The notes under the pieces are model-generated. The model searched no databases. It was not told the DNA's origin and was given only the letters and a program-made list of their open reading frames with translations. Positions 57,657 to 64,000 of a stretch of 64,000 nucleotides of DNA are shown in pieces. Origin of the DNA: Alphaproteobacteria bacterium (lineage in GTDB: Bacteria; Pseudomonadota; Alphaproteobacteria; GCA-2731375); NCBI GenBank assembly GCA_965232515.1, contig CBDDPY010000002.1, positions 4,224,001 to 4,288,000 of the forward strand, given 5' to 3'. Every line of letters begins with the position of its first letter. Position 1 is the first letter of the stretch. The position numbers and the translations under genes were made by a program.

Positions 57657-58971
57657 GGACCGCCGCGTCACCGAGGTCGAATGCGTGGTGCCGGACCTGT
57701 CCGGCGTCGCCCGCGGCAAGATCCTGCCGACCGCGAAGTTCCGCCAGAGCCTGAAGGACGGCTCGCTGCGCCTGCCGGAAAGCGTGTTCGCGCAGACCGT
57801 GACCGGCGCCTTCGCGCCGTCCGACGTGATCGACCCGACCGAGCCCGACGTGATCCTGGCGCCGGACGCCGGCAGCATCCGCCTGGTGCCGTGGTACGAG
57901 GAGCCGACGGCGCTGGTGATCAACGATTGTCGATACCGCGACGGTGGCCCGGTGCCGTTCGCGCCGCGCCAGGTGCTGCGGCAGGTGCTGGCGGCCTACG
58001 AGAAACGTGGCTGGCGGCCAGTGGTGGCGCCCGAGCTGGAGTTCTTTCTTGTCGCCCGCAACGTCGATCCGGACTATCCGCTGGAGCCGCCGCTCGGCCG
58101 CTCGGGCCGGCCGGAGACCGGCAGCCAGTCCTACGGCATCGACGCGGTCAACGAATTCGATCCGATCTTCGAGGAGGTCTACGACTTCTGCGAGGCGCAA
58201 GAGATCGACATCGACACGCTGATCCACGAGGCCGGCTCGGCCCAGGTCGAGATCAACTTCAACCACGGCGACGCGCTGGCCATGGCCGACCAGGCCTTTC
58301 TGTTCAAGCGCGCCGTGCGCGAGGCGGCGCTGCGGCACGAGATCTACGCAACCTTCATGGCGAAGCCGATCGAGCGTCAGCCCGGCAGCGCCATGCACAT
58401 CCACCAGAGCGTGGTCGACGCGAAGACTGGGCGCAATCTTTTCGCCGGCAAGAGCGGCAAGAACACCAAGCTGTTCGAGGCGCATATCGCCGGCCTGCAG
58501 CGCTATCTGCCGGCGGCGATGCCGCTGGTGGCGCCGAACGTGAATTCCTATCGCCGGCTGGTGCCGGGCCTGGCGGCGCCGATCAACCTGCATTGGGGCG
58601 TCGAGAACCGCACCGCCGGCCTGCGCGTGCCGCACGGCAACGGCGAATCGCGGCGGGTCGAGAACCGGGTGCCCGGCGCTGACGCCAATCCCTATCTCGC
58701 CATCGCCGCCAGCCTGGCCTGCGGCTATCTGGGCATGGTCGAGGGATTGCGCCCGACCGCGCCGATGCAGCGCAGCGCGTACGAGCTGAAGTTCGCGCTG
58801 CCGCGCTATCTGCCGGACGCGCTCGCCAAGCTGCGCGCCAGCCGCGAGCTGCGCGCGCTGTTCGGCGAGGATTTCGTCAGCCTGCTGCTGGACGTGAAAG
58901 AGGCCGAGCTCAACGGCTACCAGAACGTCATCAGCGCCTGGGAACGCGAGCACCTGTTGCTGAACGTCTGA
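57631..58971 (+). CDS. Glutamine synthetase family gamma-glutamyl-amine ligase (PuuA-like)
   Basis: PELEF, HEAG.AQ.E, FMAKP..PGSAMHIH, ENRVPGADANPY. Confidence 0.92.
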   Translation: MADVSKWLKDRRVTEVECVVPDLSGVARGKILPTAKFRQSLKDGSLRLPESVFAQTVTGAFAPSDVIDPTEPDVILAPDAGSIRLVPWYEEPTALVINDCRYRDGGPVPFAPRQVLRQVLAAYEKRGWRPVVAPELEFFLVARNVDPDYPLEPPLGRSGRPETGSQSYGIDAVNEFDPIFEEVYDFCEAQEIDIDTLIHEAGSAQVEINFNHGDALAMADQAFLFKRAVREAALRHEIYATFMAKPIERQPGSAMHIHQSVVDAKTGRNLFAGKSGKNTKLFEAHIAGLQRYLPAAMPLVAPNVNSYRRLVPGLAAPINLHWGVENRTAGLRVPHGNGESRRVENRVPGADANPYLAIAASLACGYLGMVEGLRPTAPMQRSAYELKFALPRYLPDALAKLRASRELRALFGEDFVSLLLDVKEAELNGYQNVISAWEREHLLLNV

Positions 58972-58981
58972 CGGTCCCGGA

Positions 58982-60010
58982 TTAGCCCTGGGGATCTTCC
59001 AGGCGGAAGCGGCGCAACGTCATCGACGGCGGTTCGCCGTAGCGGGCCTTGTAGGCGGCGGCGAACTTGCTGAGGTGATCGAAGCCGCAATCGGTGGCGA
59101 CGTCGGTGACGCCGCGGCCGACGCGGCCCGCCTCCATCAGGTCCCGCCGCGCCATGTCGAGCCGGACCTGCTTGAGATAGGCCATGGGCGACGCGCCGAC
59201 ATGACGCTGAAAGGCCTTGTGCAGAGTCCGCGGCCGGACGCCGGCGGCGGCCGCGATCTCGGGCAGGCGTAGCGGCCGGCGGGCGTTGACCTTGATGAAG
59301 TCCTCGGCGCGCGACAGGTAGTCCGGCCGCGGCGCGCGGGCGCCGGCGATGCGCGCGTCCTCGGAATGCGGCAGGCAGGTCAGCAGCAGCTCGGCGAACA
59401 CCTGGCCCACCCGGTCGGCCATGCCGGGATGGGCCCAGCCGACGCCGCCCGCCCGCGCATCGGCGCAGACCGCGCGCAGGAACTGGAACAGGCTGGCGCT
59501 GCGCGACGTCTCCGTGACGACGCCGGGGCCGAAGCGCGCGAGCGGCAGCACGGCCGCAGCAGCCGGTCGGGCGAGCGCGGCGACGGCGTCGTCGATCAGC
59601 GTGCGGTCGGCCCGGACGATGAGCTGCGTGCAGGCGGCGTCCCAGAACTTCTCGTAGGCGCGGTCGGGATTGATGACGTAGAGGCTGCCGGCGGCGGCGA
59701 GGTCGCTGCCATCCCCGTGTTCGTAGCGCGCCGTGCCGGCGAGCGTCCACTGCACCAGATAGAAGTCGCGTAGCGGCGGAATGCCGATGCGGGTCTCGGC
59801 GCCGTAGGTCAGATGGTTGACGGAGAGCGCGCCGACCGTGGCGTGCGAATGCCGGAAGCCGGCGCAGGCCGCGTCCGCCGTGTCGAGCGCGTGCGAGCGG
59901 AAGAAGCGCGAGACATGCCGGCGTGCCGCCGCGCCCGAGGCCACCTCCGGCACCGCGCCGGAGTCGAACATGGCGGGCGCATTCGGGACGGCGTTGAACC
60001 CCTCTTCCAT
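58982..60010 (-). CDS. AraC family transcriptional regulator
   Basis: C-terminal VTDVATDCGFDHLSKFAAAYKARYGEPPS. Confidence 0.93.
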   Translation of the reverse strand: MEEGFNAVPNAPAMFDSGAVPEVASGAAARRHVSRFFRSHALDTADAACAGFRHSHATVGALSVNHLTYGAETRIGIPPLRDFYLVQWTLAGTARYEHGDGSDLAAAGSLYVINPDRAYEKFWDAACTQLIVRADRTLIDDAVAALARPAAAAVLPLARFGPGVVTETSRSASLFQFLRAVCADARAGGVGWAHPGMADRVGQVFAELLLTCLPHSEDARIAGARAPRPDYLSRAEDFIKVNARRPLRLPEIAAAAGVRPRTLHKAFQRHVGASPMAYLKQVRLDMARRDLMEAGRVGRGVTDVATDCGFDHLSKFAAAYKARYGEPPSMTLRRFRLEDPQG

Positions 60011-60120
60011 TGCAAAGCTCTGTTGTTAGCCAAGGCCGATTCAGGCTAGCCGGGCGCTCCGGGGCTAGTCAGGTCTCAGCCTAGCGGCCAAGATGGCGAC
60101 GTCAATGGGAGGGTCGGCGC

Positions 60121-61173
60121 ATGGATGCCGCGGATGTGAAGGCGATCGCCACGGAGCTCGGCGCCGATCTGGTCGGCATCGCCAGCGCCGAGACGCTGAA
60201 CGCCTTTCCGCCCGATCCGCGCTGGCCGCAGACGCCGGAACGGATCTCGCCGCACTGCAAAAGCGTGATCGTCATCGTCAGCCGCATTCCGGTCGCCGCG
60301 TTCCGGGCCAAGTCGAACGTCGCGGTGCAGTACATGGACATGATGGTGTTGCGGCGCATGGACGTGATCGCCCACCGGCTGGCGGAAGCGCTGGAGCGCG
60401 AGGGCCATCCGTCCTTCGTGACGGCGGCGCAGGAGACCGACTGGGACTACAAGAACGCCAGTTACGGCCGGCTGTCGACACGGCACCTCGGCATCGAGGC
60501 GGGCATCGGCACCTTCGGGTTGGAGGTGAACATCCTGACGCCAGAGTTCGGGCCGCGCATCTATCTGACCGGCATCCTGACCGAACTGGAGCTCGAGCCC
60601 GACGAACGCATCACCGAGCAGGTCTGCATCGGCGAGTCCTGCTCGCGCTGCCTCTATTCCTGCCCGACCGACGCCGTGCGGCATTTCGGCATCGACAAGC
60701 GCGCCTGCGCGCAGGAGGCGCAGGAGTTCGGCTTCATGACGTCGCTGTCGGTGCTGGAGGAATTCATCGAGACCGACGATCCGTCCCGGCGCAAGGAGAT
60801 CATCGCCAGCCGCGACATCTATGGCTTCTGGCAGGGGCTGCTGCGCGTCGTCGGCTCGTTCGGCGACTGTCCGCGCTGTCTCGCCGTCTGTCCGGTCGGC
60901 AACGACTACCATGCCTATCTGGCCGGACCGCAGAAGCAGATCCCGGAGAAGACGCCCGAGAAGGTCGCGAAGGCCAAGGGCTTCAAGGACGCGCGCAAGT
61001 CGGGCGCCGATGTCACCGGGCTGAACGACTGGAACATCCGCTGGGTCGGCGAGGACGGCTATCAGGGCCTGGTGGCGCGGCAGCTTCAGGCCTTCAAGCA
61101 GCTACAGCGCGACCGGCAGGCCGCCTATGAGCGACGCGTCGCCGCGGCCGACACCAACGACTCCGGGGACTGA
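60121..61173 (+). CDS. QueG/reductive dehalogenase-like 2x[4Fe-4S] protein A
   Basis: GADLVGIA, AGIGTFG, TPEFGPR, C-x4-CxxCxxxCP, CxxCxxxCP. Confidence 0.8.
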   Translation: MDAADVKAIATELGADLVGIASAETLNAFPPDPRWPQTPERISPHCKSVIVIVSRIPVAAFRAKSNVAVQYMDMMVLRRMDVIAHRLAEALEREGHPSFVTAAQETDWDYKNASYGRLSTRHLGIEAGIGTFGLEVNILTPEFGPRIYLTGILTELELEPDERITEQVCIGESCSRCLYSCPTDAVRHFGIDKRACAQEAQEFGFMTSLSVLEEFIETDDPSRRKEIIASRDIYGFWQGLLRVVGSFGDCPRCLAVCPVGNDYHAYLAGPQKQIPEKTPEKVAKAKGFKDARKSGADVTGLNDWNIRWVGEDGYQGLVARQLQAFKQLQRDRQAAYERRVAAADTNDSGD

Positions 61174-61178
61174 GGCGC

Positions 61179-62183
61179 ATGGTCGAGGTCTTCCAGGAAC
61201 CGATCACGGCCGAGGCGATCAAGGCGAAGGTGCGCGACCTCGGCGCCGACCTCGTCGGCATCGCCGACGGCGAGGTACTGAACCAGAACCCGCCGGACCC
61301 GGCGAACCCGAAACGCCCCAGCGACATCACCGACCACGATGCGGGGCGCGTGATCGTCATCGCCAAGCGGCTGACCGCCGGCACGACGCGGCTCACGCGC
61401 TGGGACGAGCGGCACAAATACTACAACGACGAACTGGTGCTGAACGCGCTCGAGATGCTCTCGCTGGAGCTGGTGCTGTGGCTCGAGGACCGTGGCTATC
61501 CGGCGTTGATCGTGCCGCCGACCCACGTCGATCCGTTGGATTATCAAGGCGATCCCGGTGCCTCATTGGGGCAGATCCTGTCGCTCGAGCATGCCGCGGT
61601 CGAGGCCGGCCTCGGCACGCTGGGCCTGAACCAGATGCTGCTGACGCCGGAATTCGGTCCGCGCGTGCGGCTGACGGCGGTGCTGTCGTCGGTGCCGGTC
61701 GACTGCGACGAACGCATGACCGAGAGCCTGTGCCGGGGACCCGGCTGCGGGCGCTGCCTCAGCGCCTGCCCCGGCGACGTGATCGGGCATTGGGACCGCG
61801 ACTGGGAAGCCTGCGATACCTACCGCTCGCCGCACGGCTTCCACGCGCTCGCCGACCATATCGGCCGCATCATCGACGAGCCGGATGTGGCCAAGAAGAA
61901 GGCCATGCTGCGCTCGGAGGATCAGTTCTACATCTGGCAGAGCATCCTGCGCGGAGCCGGCGTAGTGACCGGCTGCCGGCGCTGCCAGGACGTCTGTCCG
62001 GTCGGCGACGATTACGCGGCGTTGGCCGACGCGCTCGACGCGATCCCGGAGGACAGCAACGACAAACGCGCCCGCCTCGCGGCCATGCTCGCCGACGAGG
62101 CCGAGGGCGCCCTGCCCGCCAGCTACCTCGCCGCTCAACGCTGGATCGGCGCGCTCACTGGGCCGGACGACGGGGGGACATGA
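61179..62183 (+). CDS. QueG/reductive dehalogenase-like 2x[4Fe-4S] protein B
   Basis: GADLVGIA, HAAVEAGLGTLG.N, TPEFGPRVRL, same Cys motifs as protein A. Confidence 0.82.
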   Translation: MVEVFQEPITAEAIKAKVRDLGADLVGIADGEVLNQNPPDPANPKRPSDITDHDAGRVIVIAKRLTAGTTRLTRWDERHKYYNDELVLNALEMLSLELVLWLEDRGYPALIVPPTHVDPLDYQGDPGASLGQILSLEHAAVEAGLGTLGLNQMLLTPEFGPRVRLTAVLSSVPVDCDERMTESLCRGPGCGRCLSACPGDVIGHWDRDWEACDTYRSPHGFHALADHIGRIIDEPDVAKKKAMLRSEDQFYIWQSILRGAGVVTGCRRCQDVCPVGDDYAALADALDAIPEDSNDKRARLAAMLADEAEGALPASYLAAQRWIGALTGPDDGGT

Positions 62184-62187
62184 CGCG

Positions 62188-63480
62188 ATGGACACCGAGT
62201 CGTTGATGCTGCCGAAATCGGCCGAGGAGTTGGCCGCGTTGCAGTCCGCGCGCAAGCGGGCCGCGGTCGAGCGGGCGCGGACCTCGCGGTTCTGGGCCGA
62301 CAAGCTCGCCGACATCGACCTCGACCGGCTGGACGAGCCTGACGAATGGCGGCGCATCCCGATCCTGACGAAAGAGCAGCTGCGCGAGATCAGCATGGAG
62401 GCGTTCTACAGCGACTTCTGCATCGCCGGACGGCGCGAGACCAGCGAGTTCTGGCGCTCGGGCGGCTCGACCGGACGGCCGCTGTTCTATCCGCGCACCA
62501 CCGAGGATTTGGCCTACGCCATGGTCGGCTTCCGCCGGGTCTATGCCTGCGCCGGCGTCGGGGTAGACGACCTGGTGCACCTGTCGCTGCCGCTCGGCAT
62601 CCATCCGGCCGGACATCTATGCGCCCGGGCGGCGGAGCGCGAGGGCGCGGCGGTGATGTGGGTCGGGGCCGGCAACGCCGCGCCGTCGGCGATGCAGCTC
62701 GACCTCATCCGCAACTTCCGGCCCTCGGTCTGGGTCGGCATGTCGAGCTACGCCATCCATCTCGCCAACCTCGCCGCCGCCGAGGGCGAGAAGCCGGCCG
62801 ACCACGGCGTCGAAAAAATCATCTGCACGGCCGAGCCGCTGTCGGACGCGAAGCGCGCCAAGCTGTCCGAGCTCTGGGGCGCTCAGGTCTTCGATTCCAT
62901 CGGCATGACCGAGATGATGATGATGGGCGCCGAGACTGCGCCGGGCAGCGGCTTCCGGATCTGGTCGGACTTCGTCTATCCCGAGGTGATCGACGCCGAC
63001 AGCGGCGCGCCGGTGGCGCCCGGCGAGGAAGGCCTGCTGGTGGTGACGTCGCTGGCGACCAACAACGCGACGCCGTTCCTGCGCTGGAACACCGGCGACA
63101 TCGTGCGGCTGACCGAGCCCGACGGCGATGGCACGGGTTTCGATCTGTTTCCGGTCATGCGCCACGCCCACCGCACGGCCGGCTTCTTCAAGGTGCGCGG
63201 CGTCAATATCGGCCACAACGACCTGGAGGACATGATGTTCGCGAACGCCGATGTCGGCGACTTCCGGGTCGAAGCCGCGGCCACGGACGGCCGCGACGTC
63301 CTGCTGCTCTACCTGGAAGCCCGCACCGGTGCCGATGCCGATGCGCTCGGCGTCACGATTGCGGCCGACGTGCAGCGCTCCTTCGGCCTCACGCCGGATC
63401 TGGTCTGGTGCGAGCCCGGCGCCATCGCCAAGACTTTCGAGCAGTCCGTCAAGGCGACGCGTTTCATCGACACGCGGTGA
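62188..63480 (+). CDS. Phenylacetate-CoA ligase (PaaK)-like adenylate-forming enzyme
   Basis: SGGSTGRP, GMTE, RWNTGD, KVRGVNI. Confidence 0.87.
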   Translation: MDTESLMLPKSAEELAALQSARKRAAVERARTSRFWADKLADIDLDRLDEPDEWRRIPILTKEQLREISMEAFYSDFCIAGRRETSEFWRSGGSTGRPLFYPRTTEDLAYAMVGFRRVYACAGVGVDDLVHLSLPLGIHPAGHLCARAAEREGAAVMWVGAGNAAPSAMQLDLIRNFRPSVWVGMSSYAIHLANLAAAEGEKPADHGVEKIICTAEPLSDAKRAKLSELWGAQVFDSIGMTEMMMMGAETAPGSGFRIWSDFVYPEVIDADSGAPVAPGEEGLLVVTSLATNNATPFLRWNTGDIVRLTEPDGDGTGFDLFPVMRHAHRTAGFFKVRGVNIGHNDLEDMMFANADVGDFRVEAAATDGRDVLLLYLEARTGADADALGVTIAADVQRSFGLTPDLVWCEPGAIAKTFEQSVKATRFIDTR

Positions 63481-63484
63481 GCCG

Positions 63485-63877
63485 TTAGTCCGCCTCTGAT
63501 TGCCGAAACACCGGGCGTCGCAAGGCAAAGCCGAGCAACAGCCAAGGCAGCGCAAGCGCGACCGTCGGCAGGATCGACGGAATTTCTTGAAACGTGCCAG
63601 ACCAGAGCGCCCAGGCCGATCCCGCGGCAAGCACCACCGCGTAGACCACGCCGACAATCTTCGTTGTGGCCGTCGCCAGACGCTCGTCGACGAACTTGAT
63701 CAGGCCAAGCTGGCACAGCACGGCGCCGACGCTCCCTTGGACAAAACTGTAGATGCATCCGGCGATCAGCGAGCCGTAGAACGGTTTGCCGAGAAGCAGG
63801 TAGATGGCCGCCATCGCATAGTGCACGACCAAGATGCTCATGAAGGCCGCGATGAACCCAATGGCGAAGCGCTTCAT
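63485..63877 (-). CDS. Four-TM membrane protein
   Basis: Four hydrophobic segments. Confidence 0.6.
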   Translation of the reverse strand: MKRFAIGFIAAFMSILVVHYAMAAIYLLLGKPFYGSLIAGCIYSFVQGSVGAVLCQLGLIKFVDERLATATTKIVGVVYAVVLAAGSAWALWSGTFQEIPSILPTVALALPWLLLGFALRRPVFRQSEAD

Positions 63878-64000
63878 GAGACCGGCCCTCAACTCGCCAG
63901 CAGCTTCTGCAAACGCGCGCGGACATCCGCCGGGGGCTCGGCGCTGGCGGGGCCGTGCATGAAGACGACGACGGATTCGGCGGTGGCGAGGCAGTGGCCG

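Noticed and set aside
57631-58971. glnA
   Set aside because: Overlap with a PuuD-like hydrolase and the sequence pattern indicate a gamma-glutamyl-amine ligase rather than GSI.
60121-62183. Naming these genes queG or rdhA
   Set aside because: Fold-level similarity only; the duplicated arrangement and catabolic context fit neither canonical gene.

Overview
High-GC genomic DNA, probably from an alphaproteobacterium (inferred from gene content and repeat types). Left flank (1-8.5 kb): a peptidoglycan-binding protein, a TAXI-type solute-binding protein, a 1924-aa fusion protein (ExeA-type ATPase, TPR, nine Ig-like repeats, Sel1-like end) and a SnoaL-like gene. Middle (8548-44405): a ~35.8-kb lower-GC element integrated at the 3' end of tRNA-Gly(GCC) and bounded by a perfect 55-bp direct repeat. 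It has a phage-satellite-like core (tyrosine integrase, AlpA/Xis-like HTH, AAA_25 helicase, GGGACA iteron-like cluster). It also has a ~20-kb mosaic cargo region (three HEPN-motif proteins, secreted nucleases, tandem tyrosine recombinases, many gene fragments). Its right-hand module encodes a tail-fibre-like protein, two ejection-protein-like ORFs and three different small-terminase-like genes in tandem, but no recognisable capsid, portal or intact large terminase. This module is the best candidate for an undescribed system. Right flank (44.4-64 kb): housekeeping genes (ProX-like, CnoX-like, LON-N, Trm112, UbiH-family, glnK-amtB, ftsK, lolA), gamma-glutamyl-amine catabolism genes, and an AraC-linked operon with two tandem QueG/reductive-dehalogenase-like Fe-S proteins and a PaaK-like CoA ligase. 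All family assignments come from motif recognition by eye; no database searches were run.
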